Positions 1 through 13,068 of a DNA stretch of 64,000 bases are shown here, piece after piece. The position numbers and the translations under genes were made by a program. Source of the DNA: Mytilus californianus (Eukaryota); contig NW_026262690.1 of the NCBI RefSeq assembly GCF_021869535.1, positions 117,986,001 to 118,050,000 on the forward strand, read 5' to 3'. Below the pieces are notes generated by a model. The model worked only from the letters and a program-made list of their open reading frames with translations, was not told the origin of the DNA and searched no databases. The first letter of the stretch is position 1. Every line of letters begins with the position of its first letter.

Positions 1-3000
1 TTCATGGAGGAAAATGGCAACTTCGTTACTTTGTAAGCCTAAGAAAACACACCGAAACATTGCAGTATTAGAATGGTAGTCATTTGAGCATTATAGAATT
101 AGTTCTGATAGGTAATTAGGGTCGAGTCTTTGAAAATTGTTCCAGAAATATTAAGCTGTGGTAAATAGGATTTTCCGTGTTGATTCAATAAACTGGGAAC
201 ATGGCCTATAAGGGGACATATTCATTCTTATAAATAAAATATATCAAGAAATTCTTTTTTATTCTATAAAATAAAATGTGTCTGCAAAATAATTTTGAAT
301 GATTTCAATCTCTACGTTATAATATACCAAATCGAAAACTGTAAATTTAGAAATTTTTGCGGTGTTTTATGACGTTTCGGACATGGACCCCCTCTTTTTC
401 TTTTCTGTTCCTTCTTCTTAATGGTACCACTCCACAACGAAATTTGGCATGTAAACGGTCAAACAAAGAGTATATCAGTGGAATTTTTATTAGAACTGTC
501 CAAAGCAGGGAAATTTAAATACAGCGAGGAATTTGCATAAAATGAAAAGGTACTTAAATCTATTAACGACGATTATGGTTGCATGGACGGGTTGGTCGAC
601 GTGGGTCCACATGGGGAAGAGGGGCTCAAGTTACAGAAACAATGTAGAAAGAAAACATATGAATTGTCATGCATATACGAATCAAAAGTTTACCGTCCAA
701 AATTGATATCAAGAAAAACATTTTGTAATAAATGGAAAGGCGAAATAAGTTATTTTATACAACAGACCCATCTTAAAAACAATAGCAAAACATTTGCACA
801 CATAATGAAAGCAAAAAAAACCAAGTTCGTGTTATATTGTTTATACCTTATTATAGTCTATTTTTCAATTATTGTCCTATTAAAACGTTACTTATGCATT
901 AACCTATCCCGATTATCCAAATAAAATTTCATTTGCAATAATTTATTAACCTGTGATTTCAAAGATTGATTTCGTTCTGCAAATAATATTAATTCTTAAT
1001 TTAAAAAAAAATGAAATAACATTGTGTGTGTACCTTCATCAGAAACGCCAAAACCAAAATCTTGTAAGCCATGGATTTATAAATTCTTAAGGAGCTATAT
1101 GACTTCGATGAACCTTGACATAACAACAGAACAAAGTACAACTACTTAAATTTGGAGAACATGATTACGCAAATTCTTAGTAAGATGGCCATCTTTGATT
1201 TCTACTAGAGTGATAGCCTCCTTGCTATAAAATATATTAGATGCAGGTTTTTTTGTGTATGAGGAACAAAGGCTACTGATTTCTTTGTCTAATTTGAAGA
1301 GTATAGGGGTCAGTAGGAAGATGTGGCAGTGACTGTTGGTGATGGACAGAATAGACGAACATACAAGGGGTGGACGATATACAAAGTAATCTTTAAAAAC
1401 CTCAAAAAAGTAAGTGTTATCGATCATGAACTAAATCAAATTCTAACCCTGAATTATTGAATCCGGGTTATCCCTTGTAGGTTTTTATCTTCCGATGCGA
1501 ATAAAAAGATATAAGGTATGGGTCAATAAGACAGCAACCCAATGCCATAAAAAAATAAATCCAGCGACCGAAATACGGCCTTCAAAATGAAAGTGTTTGT
1601 ATAAAATATGACAAGCTTTAAATTATCCCGAATCTGAATACACTGTATACAAAAGCTGTGAATAAATTCAGAAGAAACATTCAAAGATGTTGCACCAACA
1701 CCAATATTGAATTGAATTGTGTTTTTTTAAAATGTATACGAAATGAAAGCAAGTTACCATCACATTTTGCATGAAGCGCTTCTAGCTAAAAGAAGTGATG
1801 GTCACTTTCTTCCATTTAGTATAAATTTGCAAAAACATAGCATTCAGTTTTTATATCTACAGATTTTCGAAATAGAAAAATTATATGTTATTCACATCTG
1901 AATCTGAAAGTAAAACTTTAAACACAAAATTCCGGCAGAAACTGTCTTTTGAGATCAAGGCAGTATCATTCCGCGTGCATCAATTATAATACGTCATGTA
2001 GACGAAATCGATTTCTAAAATCACAGTTAAACGGCATGGATTGCTTTCAAACGGCATGTGTTTCTTTCATACGAAATGAAAGCATATGACGGAATCATAT
2101 GATTCGACTTTCAGCAACGAAAAAAAAAACAGATCAGCATTTCTATGAATTGAACACCTACTGTAAATATTTAAAGCTACATCTTTCAAATATAACTAAC
2201 GAGAACCACCGACGAGGACACTGACTTGGGACAGTGGTTCTCTTAACTTATATTTGACTGTTTTTATCTTAAAACGTACAATTAATATCGGTTCAGAATA
2301 AAAATTTCAGGTAGTCATGATGGGACTGTTCCGACAACTTGGATGACAAACGACAGCGCATGATCGGCAAATTTGGATGCAAAATGCAATTTATTTGTTG
2401 AACTTTACATTTTAGATGTTTGTATATATGCATTTCTCATGGTGTTAATAACGGGTTTTTTTTTACAATTACAGTTTTTGTCTTATTTCTAAATTCTTTA
2501 CATTTTTGAAAATGGGAGACAACTCAGATAATTTAGCTGTATACAGGAATTTACAGTATATCTGTAGCCCATCTTTTCAAATCTTATTTCGAAATGTTAT
2601 CATAATGTTTTCTTTCTATAGTGACTATTACAGGGATACTGAATCATACAAAATGTGAGAATTTTGCACAGCCTACAATTTGAAAAACAAGTTGGTGATT
2701 TACCCTTTTTATTACAATGTATATTATTTACACATTTTTAATATGTTTTTAAAGAAATCAAGGGGTGCCAATATTAAACTATTTTACGTAAAAAAAACAT
2801 CTACTGCGTGCGCTTCTTATAGTATATCTTGACCAGTTGAGTTTTGGTAGCATTACCTCCACGTCATTTATGCAATGTAGTTGTAAAAGTGAAATAGTGA
2901 AAAAAACAACCTAATGGTCCATTTGTCCCGGTAAGGTGAGAAGACCTAACAATATTGAAGAAGCTTCCTTTCTCTACAGTGTCCCAACACGTCTTGGTTT

Positions 3001-3519
3001 GCACAGCAATGGATACGCTACTTATATATATACATATAATTATATATGTGTGTAAGTTTATACTTTGTATGACATTAATTTACGAATAAAGAATAAGAAA
3101 AATATCATATTGATAGTCAAATGAAAATTAAAAAAAAAGAAAATAAATAAATCAACTATAGATGAGTAAATAAATTTTAATATGTACTTTCTTAATTAAA
3201 TGAAAATTTAAAAAAAAGGATAAATTAATTAACTAAAGATAAAAAAAATAGATTTCAAAATGTTCTTTCTATCTCAATTAACTGTCTCTTCGTTCTGCTT
3301 AAGAGTACAGCGACAGTTTGTACGAAGCTTTCATGGACAGGGTAAACAAGGAGACATATGGACATTTCATGTCTAAAACTACAAGCATTTTCTGTTTTCT
3401 TTTGAGGAATTCTAACGGACTTGTTCAAGTGAATATAATGATTCCAATAGTTCAGTTTAGTGTATTTAGTTGGTGCCCCCCGCGGCTACATTGCTATCGC
3501 TAATATTCCATCTGTTCCT

Positions 3520-4150
3520 TAAATCTCTAAATTGAATTGATAATTTGCATCCGGGGCATATTTTCCTTTTCTCTTCCTTTCTTTTTAAAATCATCGCGTG
3601 CATCAACTATGTTTTACTTATTTCGAATTGTTAATTTGTATCGGGGTATATTTCGTTTTTTTTTTTCTTTCTTTACTTCTGTTCCTTTCTCTTTAAAATC
3701 AAGAGTTTGCATGACTTACCTTTTACTAATTTCGAATTCTTAATTTGCATGTAAGGCATATTTGGTTTTTTTTTTAATTTCTCTTCCTTTCCTTTTAAAA
3801 TCATCGCGTGCATCTACTATCTTTTACTTATTTCGAATTCTTAATTTGCATCTAGGTCATATTTGGGTTTTTTTCTTTTCTTCCTTCTTTTTAAAATCAG
3901 TATGTGCGTCCACTTTCTTTTTCTTATTTCGAATTTATAATTTGCATGTAAGGCATATTTGTTTTTTTTCATATCTCTTACTTTCTTTTTAAAATCAGCA
4001 TGTGCATCTACTATCTTTTACTTATTTTGAATTGTTAATTTGCATTGAGGGTAATTTTCTTTTTTGTTATTTTCGTCTGTTCCATCTTTTTAAAAATCAG
4101 CAGGCGGTATTAACTATCTTTTATTTATTTCGAATATATTTTCTGATGAA
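3520..4150. repeat. Degenerate ~100-bp tandem array (~6 copies)
   Basis: AAAATC anchor recurs at about 3587, 3695, 3797, 3893, 3991 and 4093, each followed by CATC(A/T)ACTAT..TTACTTATTTCGAATT-like text. Confidence 0.75.
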
Positions 4151-4313
4151 AGTATTTTCATCGAAATATACGGTTATTTTTCGACGAATATAAATGTTCA
4201 GGGAGTAATGAATATTTGTTTTATTTGTCTGTACCTACAGTTTCACACATTATAATTTGGTATTATTTTTTTTTAAACCCACCGTTAGAAAAGTTAAAAG
4301 ATAGTCCTTAAAT

Positions 4314-4895
4314 ATAAAAATAAGGAGATGTGGTATGATTGCCAATGAGACAACTATTCACCAAAGTTCAAATGAAGTGGATGTAAGCAATTAAAGGCAA
4401 CCATACGGACTTCAACAATGAGATAAACCCATACCGTATGGTCGGCTATAAAAGGCCCAGACATGAAAAATATGAAACAATTCAATTGAGAAAACTAACG
4501 GCCTAATTTATATCAAAACAATTTACGAAAAACAAATATGACAGACATGAACTATCGACAACCACTGAACTACAGGCTTCTGACTTGGGATAGGCACATA
4601 AAAATGTGGCGGGGTTAAACATGGTTGTGAGCGCTCAACCCTCCCCCTAACCTGGGACAGTGGTGTAACAGTACAACAAAAGAACAAACTATAAAAAGCA
4701 GTTGAAAAAGGCTTAACTCATCAGATGGATACAAATCGAAATACATCTAACAAAAACAAAGAGAGGACGTGGACGGGTACTTATACATCCACACAACAGA
4801 AAGACACTAAGTTAAGATCTGAGAGTACTCGCAGTTACTGCCAGCTAGTTCAAAGCCAATAAAAACTAATAAAAAAATCATGTATCTAAGACTAA
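4314..4895 (+). mobile_element. Interspersed repeat family B (GATGTGGTATGATTGCCAATGAGACAACT...)
   Basis: Closely similar copy at 50634-51010; shorter pieces at about 10985-11110, 23665-23770 and 31320-31410 (inverted). Confidence 0.85.
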
Positions 4896-5498
4896 ATTAA
4901 AGCCTTTCTCATGCTTAATTTTCATTTCAAGTGTTTCAACTTTGAACATTTATTATTATATTTTTCATGAAATTATTTCATTAGTGAATCATACTTGAAT
5001 TAAATAAATTCCGGCTTTGAATAATTAAATAAAAAGCGACATATTATTTTCTTATATTCAAAATACAAAATCAGCATGTACGAATTTATTTGCATACACT
5101 GTTTTCAAATGAAAATGATTTTTTTTCTTTAACTAAAAAATATATAAACAGAGATTTAAATTTGCGTTTTTCTTCACGGAAGTCATTGAAAATACACCCG
5201 TTGACGGCAAAAATTTACTGAGGTTGTAAAATTCAAACAATTTGTTTTCAGGAACATTCATTTTAATTTTCACCGTAAATATTTCAATTTAACTTGAGAA
5301 TGACAGAAAAGAAATGCAAAAAATAAACATATTATAAACAAATAAACACGTAAACCATTAAAACAAATAACAAATAAAAACCAAACAAATAAAACCAGAG
5401 ACATATAATACAATTGTATTATATGTCACTGATTAAACCAAACAAACAAATAATAACAAAGAAAAAAAAAAAAAAAAAAATAAACAAATGAAACTTAC

Positions 5499-7968
5499 CT
5501 GTATCCTGGCTTCATTTAATTTGGTAATCCTAGCTAGTTCTTCCCGACAGTATATATCTGGGTAGTGACTTTTGGCAAAAGCGGATTCTAATTCTTGTAG
5601 TTGTTCTTGTGTAAATGTTGTCCGATGTCTCCTCCGTGCGGGGGTCGGGCATGAACTAGGGTTGTGACTACCACTTCCAGATCCTCCGCTTAAAAGTGAA
5701 CTTGACCCGCCATTTCCAGGCTCTGGTTTTATCTTTTTAAAAGCTCCCTCTTGTACTGTAATTACAATATTATATTTACATGTAATAATGAAATATATAT
5801 ATAGTATATAAATATGTAATAATGAATTATATATTATATAAACTAATATTGTACATTATTTGTTTTGATTGTTTTAGTCTGAAATATAAAACAATCCTAA
5901 AAACTTGTTTTTACCGTAGAAATCTGAATCCAATGTATAGTATTCCATATTTTTTAATGAAACTTATTTCTTTGACAAAACCTCCCCCGTTAAGGTGAAA
6001 AATTACAGAAAAGACATATCGGTGGTCAATATCGGAAGTCAAACAATGATGTTTTTACGTAATTTATATTTTATTAATTATTTACAAAATCACATGTTAA
6101 CAAGAAGGTGTCAACAGATGGTCAACTCTGGCCACATCACCGGACAATTTCATTTTAACGCCAGGTATAACAACAATTCGGAATTTCTGTTAGACACCTA
6201 GTTTTGCCACCTTTGACATTTCAGAAAGCTTGTTAAAAGATTGCTATTTTCTTATCTTCTATATTTACACACATTTTAGAATCAACACGCGAACAAAAAT
6301 TTCAATCCGAATTATCACCTTCTTAATCGCTAAGAGTCACGAAAGGGTACCAGCGTATAGTTTGAAAATACATGATATGTATAAGAATTTCCTATAAAAT
6401 TTCATTTAAAATTGTGACATAAAGAAAATTAGACTTTTAAAAAATACATATCTTTTTTTTTAATTTATTTATATGCTTTTTCTTTATTTGGCATGTGAAA
6501 AGCTGTAAGATGCTATTTTGATTCAAGACTTAAAAACAATGTGGGGTCGAATTATACATACGTTTTTTGTTTTTTGTTTTTTGTTTTTATTTTAGCCGAA
6601 AGAAGGCAATATCTGTTTCCATTATATGATGCTGAAAGCGTTCATATAGATATTTTTTGTTTTTGTTTTTTTATTTACCATTATTTTTTTTTTACAATTA
6701 AAGATTAAGAACAATTCCAAGAAAAACATTGCTGACAAAAAGGTAAAACGAGTTTATTAAATTCCGGATAATTCAACTTAGTAGTTTTAGGCGCAGAATA
6801 AATGTCTTTCTCGTTTAATCCCCCAAAATACTTGAAAAATAGTTTCTTAAGTTTGAAATTATTAGAAATTAAGGTTTCAACTCCCTCAGATAAAGTTGAC
6901 CTTAGATGGATTTGGCTATTTTTTTTCGGTCCTTTTTGGTAATATAGCTCTTCAACTTTTCGGTTCTTATACATCCTTGACTTTCAAATATTCGGCTTTG
7001 ATCGTTCCTGATGAAGGTAAATCCATAAAAGCGCTTCGGACGCATAAAATTTATAACGTGTTGTTTTCAATTTTTCTTAAGATTTGCATTTAAGTTCTAT
7101 TTATCCTGAAATACGATGCCGAAAATTCTTAACATGAAGAAGCAAGTAAACTTTAAAAATTAATAATTCAAAGTTTACACAATTTTAATTTTGCTAATTA
7201 GTTAACTTCGACGAACATCAAGATAAATTATTTATTCTTACGGATGTAAACTGAAAACAAATATTATTGAAGAGATAAAGAACTTTTTTTTACTAATAAT
7301 TCTTACCATATATATATGTACAGTGCTCCTGTATTGTTTAATATCACTTCTATATGATTGCCTCTATGTTGCATAAAATAGAATGTTCTTCCTTTATATT
7401 AGGTTTAAGACTGGAGTAATTTAATAGAAGCATCCTTTAATCATATATATTAACTTTATTGCCGCAGACATAACAAATGAAATTTTCCCGGAGTACAAAA
7501 TTTCGTTACCAGAAAACAAAATTACGCTTGTGTAAATTACCTGGAGTTTGATCGAAACATTATCGGCTGTAAATTAGTACAATTGTATGAAGCGTTGGTA
7601 ACATTATTTCATATTCCAAACGTGTCGAACATAAATAGGAATAATATATTTAGTTATTTACGACCATTGTAAACAAAATAGAATTATTGTCCGTATGTAA
7701 TAACATTTCCGATCCCTTCGCATTCCCCTACCTTGATAAATTAATAAATTTTATTCCAATTCTTCAATTATTGGGTAATTGGAAATGAGATTAATTAATA
7801 AAATGAATTATTCGTCGTAATAAATTGAATTTTGTGAATTAGAGACCTACCGGTTGTTTCCGTTAAGTTTCTAGTGCTGCTATCGAGATTGTACAAAGCT
7901 GCAAAATCATCCACTTTTCTTTTTTCAACTCTTTCTTCACTAACTGAAATCCTATTTTCATCAGCCAT
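5499..7968 (-). CDS. Prop: Prop-family paired-class homeobox gene, coding exons 1-2 (3'-partial)
   Basis: Exon 7968-7851 ([21 protein letters not shown]..., donor G|GTAGGT, phase 1) joins exon 5755-5499 (acceptor ttacag). Exon 2 encodes [46 protein letters not shown] and ends CAG|GTAAGT at the classic homeodomain 46/47 intron. The sequence matches invertebrate Prop (Drosophila CG32532 type, from memory). No VWF exon found in 1-5498. Confidence 0.9.
6850..7075 (+). mobile_element. Retrozyme-like repeat, family D, truncated copy with mutated hammerhead
   Basis: Reverse-complement match to 12690-13068. CTGATGA at 7008-7014 and AAAAGCGCTTC-GGACGC at 7027-7043, but core G12 is replaced by T at 7026. 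Confidence 0.75.
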
Positions 7969-8091
7969 TTTTTATCAGAATAAAAGGAGAAAGATATGCC
8001 CGATTCTAAGAAAAATTAAAACTCTATAATGAGATTTACTTTTCGTTTACATTTATATCAAAGCCTAAAGAAGTTTTCGGAATTTTCTTAA

Positions 8092-8173
8092 CCAATCAAA
8101 AGTGTTTTTGATTGGTATTATCTTAAGTTATTTCTACCTTATGTAGTCGCGTGCCAAGACGTTCGCTGATTGG
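8092..8173. promoter_or_regulatory. Putative Prop proximal promoter with three CCAAT boxes
   Basis: CCAAT at 8092-8096, ATTGG at 8111-8115 and 8169-8173, lying 124-205 nt upstream of the Prop ATG. Confidence 0.45.
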
Positions 8174-11100
8174 TCAAAATGATCAATCGTGCCGCGTTTA
8201 ACCACAGAACTACTGCATATCGATAGAGAAACAACCGCAATTTCAATAAAAATAAAAGTTAACGGGTTCTAAATAATATTGTTTACAGATAAGTCTGATG
8301 CTTGACTAGGATTATATCAAATCTACATCACCATGTTTTTACTTCTTAGCATCAGAGACATACTCAGTAATAATTAATGTCTCTGTTGGTATCGCCAAAG
8401 ACATGGTTTTATAAGTCTCTGGTATTGCTTATGCATTACTTTTTATACTCTTAATTCCGTTGCTTTGATAGATTTAAACCTCTCAGTGAAGTGGACAAAT
8501 ATAAAGTCAGCAATACGTAAAAAGCTTATATTTTCTTTAAATTCGTTGACAGAGATGGTTTTAGGGGGAGGGGAGAGCTACGAATTTCCAAAATACGTAA
8601 CAGAAAAAAAACAATAAATGACCTCACTTTAATTTTAATAATATACTTACATATAAACAAAAAGGTCTTTCCTATCCCCCCCCTTTTTTTTTGTCTCTGT
8701 CTCATTTAGTCGGCGTCATACTAGTAAACTGTATAGGTTTTGCCCAAATAAAATTACAATTTTATATCTTTAAGGTTTTGGTGTGTTGTTGTTATAATGT
8801 ATATCCCACGATTTAGTGTTCACAAGGATTTATACGTCTTGCTATATATATCTATAAATCCTTGGTTACAATATTTAAAAAAAAAATGATAATGAAGAAA
8901 ATCTCAAAAGTGAACTTTAAACAAGACAGCAAACATAAAAACGTTTACAAAATAAGTGACCAGATGGCAGTGTAGAAAGTTGCATAGATATCTCTGGTCA
9001 CTCTCGTGCCCCGGGAAGTGGACGTAATGAGCTTTCACAACTATCAATTAGGTAACTACAGAGTAATTAGCCTCGATGAGGGTCTAATGAAAGCGATGCC
9101 ATGACCTTAAGGGGACAATCCTTTCTTTAATGGTCAAAAATAGAATTTAGTTTCATCCTTAAAATTTTCAAACAAAGTTTTGTAATTTTGTATCTCTTTA
9201 CATTTGTTGTTTCTTACTAATCGTTTGAGTTTGAGATGGAGCAATCTGTCACAAAATCTGGCAATCGTGGTCAGTGTTGTTATAAGGTAGATATAGTATA
9301 CATTTAACCTTTAACACCTTAATCAATTAATCAACGATCAAAGACTAATATACCGATAAACAAAAACACCCATATGGTGTTCCTTCAAGTCACCGATAGT
9401 TGTAATTATTCAGTAAAAAAGCGATCAAAACAATTTTAAAATATGAAAAAAGTAAAAAATTAGTATAAACAATATTTTATTTTGAAAACAATTAAATAAT
9501 TATGTATAGCAAAACAATGCATGGATTGTAAACTAGTGACAAGTCACTTATACAAATTCATCTCCTTGTAGAAAAAATGAAAATTATGACTATTTATTTG
9601 TGACGAGCAAACTTTTTTTTCTCTAAATATACATATTTTTCAGTTTTCTAAAATTGACATTTCAAAAATTTGTCTTTTACTGTCTTGAAATATAACAGTG
9701 TTATTATGGGTGCTGGGGGTATAAAAAAAAACTTTGAGCTTGTCTATCCCCTCCCCATTTTACATTTTTCATGGAAATGCCCTCCGCCGAAAGGACACTT
9801 AAAATTGTAACCAGTATAAGAATGTTTGTAAAGAACAAAAAAAAAATCTCATTAGTTAAATTCTGCATTTGCAAAGATGGATATTTTAAAATGTGTCTCT
9901 AAAGTCTCAAAAAACACAACATTAAAGTTATACATGAATTTGATTTAAACCATCCTTACAATGTTGAATGAACGAGTTCTTCTTTATGTTAGCAGGGATT
10001 GTCCAAGCAGCTTCGCGAATGTACAAAATATACTTGACAGTGTATGAATACAAAATGTATAGTTAGGAAATTTGTATGCTTGCGTGATTTTTTAACGCGT
10101 AAGTGTTGTGTAAGGTTGCTTTTCATTAGTTTTTACGTCACATATTCTTTTATTGATATAATCCCTTTCTTTTAACACAGTATTGCATTTGTCGTTTAAA
10201 ATTATTTTGAATAATTTTTCATTAAAATTTCTACTTAAAGGCATAAACATGCGAATTCCTAATGTAGAGGTTACACATGTTTAATTCAAAACATTTTTTC
10301 CCTTCTTAATTCTGATCATTTGTATGAATGGAAACAAAAGCGAGACACATCAAAACTGAAACAAAACAATTTTAACTGGGACAGAATGTTAAAAGTCAAC
10401 AGAAAACTAAAACTCAGCAGGACCAGTCAGAATATTTCAATTACCATTTTTGTATTGTCAATTAAGCTGTATAACAGTTTATTTGTAGAAATTATAGAAA
10501 TATTGCCAACTGAGTGAACAAGTTCTGCTTTATGTCAGCAGAGATCATTCAAGCAATACTCTCTTAAAATTGAATGCAAATGACAGAGAGAAAAACAAAC
10601 CGAAGTTTCGAAATGAAGTTATGATAAGTATGATGAAAATCTGTGATTTGTGAAAATATCAATTTCCCCACAGTCGAAGTTGTAATGATGTTCTCTGACG
10701 AAAGATAATACGATTTGTAACATATTTGAAGAAATGAATAATTTTACAACTAGTCGTAGACCGATCAATTACGGGTTAAAGAAAGTTAAAATATGTTGTC
10801 GTAAATCAAGATACTCTCTAAACAGGTTACGGGAAAAAACAACTTGTAAGAGGTTTGCACTTTCTGGTTTGACTTTATAGCACCTTGATTTTTTTTCAGT
10901 TATAGGTGTCGCGAGAAGCTTAAACGGATAAAAAGTCATCTGTTTTTATGAAAAGTACATATTTTATAGAAATAATAAAAAGCAGATGTGGTATGATTGC
11001 CATCCACATAAGACCAAATGACCAGGAAGTACAGGTCAACGGCCTTTAGCAACGAGCAAAACCCAGACTGTATATTTTTAGCAAGCAAGTCTGAATTGAA

Positions 11101-11781
11101 AACAACGTTCACACCTATGATTGCGTTAGATAAAAACCGCATTTTTTATACGTGTGCATGCAAAACAAATTTCTTGGTAGAGGGGTCTAAATACAGCACA
11201 AAAAACATTTTCCAAAAGACCAAAAAAGTGAAAAATTATATAAAAGCAAACTCACTGTAAATTGTAAAAAGACTAATACTATGGTACTTTGTCATTAGCT
11301 TAAAAGACAAAAAATACACAATTAATATTTGTTTACAGGAGCACTGTTTTAAAACCTGTAAAAGAATTAAGTTGAAATTCTTGTGAAAATTTCACTTATA
11401 ATAAGGAAAAGGTAAACTTAGTGTCATCTGCTTAAGCAACTTAAAACGACACTCGAAGTTATGTTCTCTATTGATAACTGTACAAGTTGTGTGAACGAAC
11501 TGCCAGCATATTCATTTGTTTATTTTATATTATTCTTTGTATAAAATATTAAAAAAATGTTGCACGCATCTAACAAATGTTCAAACAATGCTCCCATGTT
11601 AATATATCCAGTCTATTGAAGGATTAATAATAACTAAAGGTCAGTAAATCATAAAGAGAGTATAGGTATGATTGACAACTATTTGGTCCGTCCAATTTTA
11701 CATATAATTGTGAAATTCTGTTTCTGGATTATATGATAAAAGAAATAATTGTCCGTCGGATAAACTCAACTTTATTGATAA

Positions 11782-11925
11782 TAAACTCATCATACATATA
11801 CCAGGATAAAAATTTGGTACGCCAGACGCGCGTTTCGTTTATAAAAGAAGCTCGAACCAAAAAAGTTTAAAAGGCCAAATAAAGTACGAAGTTTAAGAGC
11901 ATTCAGGACTCAAAATTCCGATAAG
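11782..11925 (-). mobile_element. Hammerhead-bearing repeat family F, decayed copy
   Basis: Minus strand keeps GAAACGCGCGTC-TGGCGT (11819-11836) but the CTGATGA segment is deleted. Homologous to 14559-14673 and 51140-51365. Confidence 0.7.
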
Positions 11926-12689
11926 AGTCCTCCTGGAACAATAGAACATAATAAGTTTTGTAAATACATACTTGGAATAAAGACATGTGCTGTAACATTG
12001 CTTTTAGATATGAATTGTGAAGATTCTCCCTTAACTTTTTATTTCTACAGTCACTTTTGTAAGAAGACCGTCCTTTAACCGAACTTCGGAAGATGCACCG
12101 GCTATACTTAAAAGAGTACTATTCTCAATCGAAGTTCCTTCACGATCAAGGTATATACTCATGGTACTCACACGTGAATCATGGCAGGTCCGTTAATAAT
12201 ATTAGCAGACCCAAAGTTGAATTTAAAATCAAATACATAGTCTGTAAGTATCTCAGAAAACAATACTATAAATTGAGCTTGAGCAAAGATATAAATAAGT
12301 ATATGACAATCACATATCATCTTCTGGTCAAAATTATTGACTCCTATAATTTAAACAAATAAACACTGAATATAAACACAAGTATTATAATTTTACCCAG
12401 AGATCCTGGCTCACTGCGCGACAGCAGACGTACTGACGCGAAGAGGAGGTTTGACCAGGATGCCAGGCTAGTATTATTTGACATGCCCTAATCGTGACAC
12501 CAAAAAACTTATATGCAAAATTGAAATTCTGAGCATCATCACCTTGCTATTGAAAGTATCCCATTTCTTTTTATTTAGAAAAATAAAAAGAAAGAAAAAC
12601 TTGCAAAAATAAATTTTTAATTAAGAAAGTTTTTTTTAAAGACTTAAAACATCAGAATTGTCATGTATGTTGCCCTTGACCTTCATATG

Positions 12690-13068
12690 GATGTAAAAAA
12701 TTGAAAACAACACGTTTAATAATTTCATGCGTCCGAAGCGCTTTTCTAGATTTACCTTCATCAGGAACGCTCAAAGCCAAACATTTGAAATCCGAGGGAT
12801 GTATAAGTACCGAAACAGTTGAAGAGCTATATGACAAAAATACCTAAAACAAATAGCCAAATCCATCTAAGGTCAACTTTGCCTGAGGGAGTTGAAACCT
12901 TAGTTTCTTTATAATTTCAAAATTTATAAACAGGCAATTTTAGAATTTTTTTTTATAAATCATGTCAGTACCGAAGTACTGACTACTGAGCTGATGATAC
13001 CCCCGGGGACTGATAGTCCACCAGCAGAGGTATCGACCCAGTGATGTAAAAAATTGAAAACAACACGT
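12690..13068 (-). mobile_element. Retrozyme-like element, family D, 353-nt unit plus 26-nt terminal redundancy
   Basis: GATGTAAAAAATTGAAAACAACACGT occurs at both 12690-12715 and 13043-13068; hammerhead motif inside. Confidence 0.8.
12729..12770 (-). ncRNA. Minimal type I hammerhead ribozyme motif
   Basis: Minus strand reads GCGTTC-CTGATGA-AGGTAAATCTA-GAAAAGCGCTTC/GGACGC. Helix I is GCGTTC:GGACGC, helix III is the palindrome AAGCGCTT, and predicted cleavage is between 12735 and 12734. Helix II is short and atypical. Confidence 0.65.

Noticed and set aside
583-1427. ORFs of 113 aa (583-924) and 93 aa (1146-1427)
   Set aside because: No recognisable domain or splice context; composition typical of chance ORFs in AT-rich DNA.
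4705-4725. CTGATGAG on the minus strand of family B as a third hammerhead
   Set aside because: No GAAA core or helix III follows.
1-5498. Third Prop exon (VWF..RR)
   Set aside because: No minus-strand acceptor followed by GTN TGG TTY was found by eye; the exon is presumably beyond the window start.
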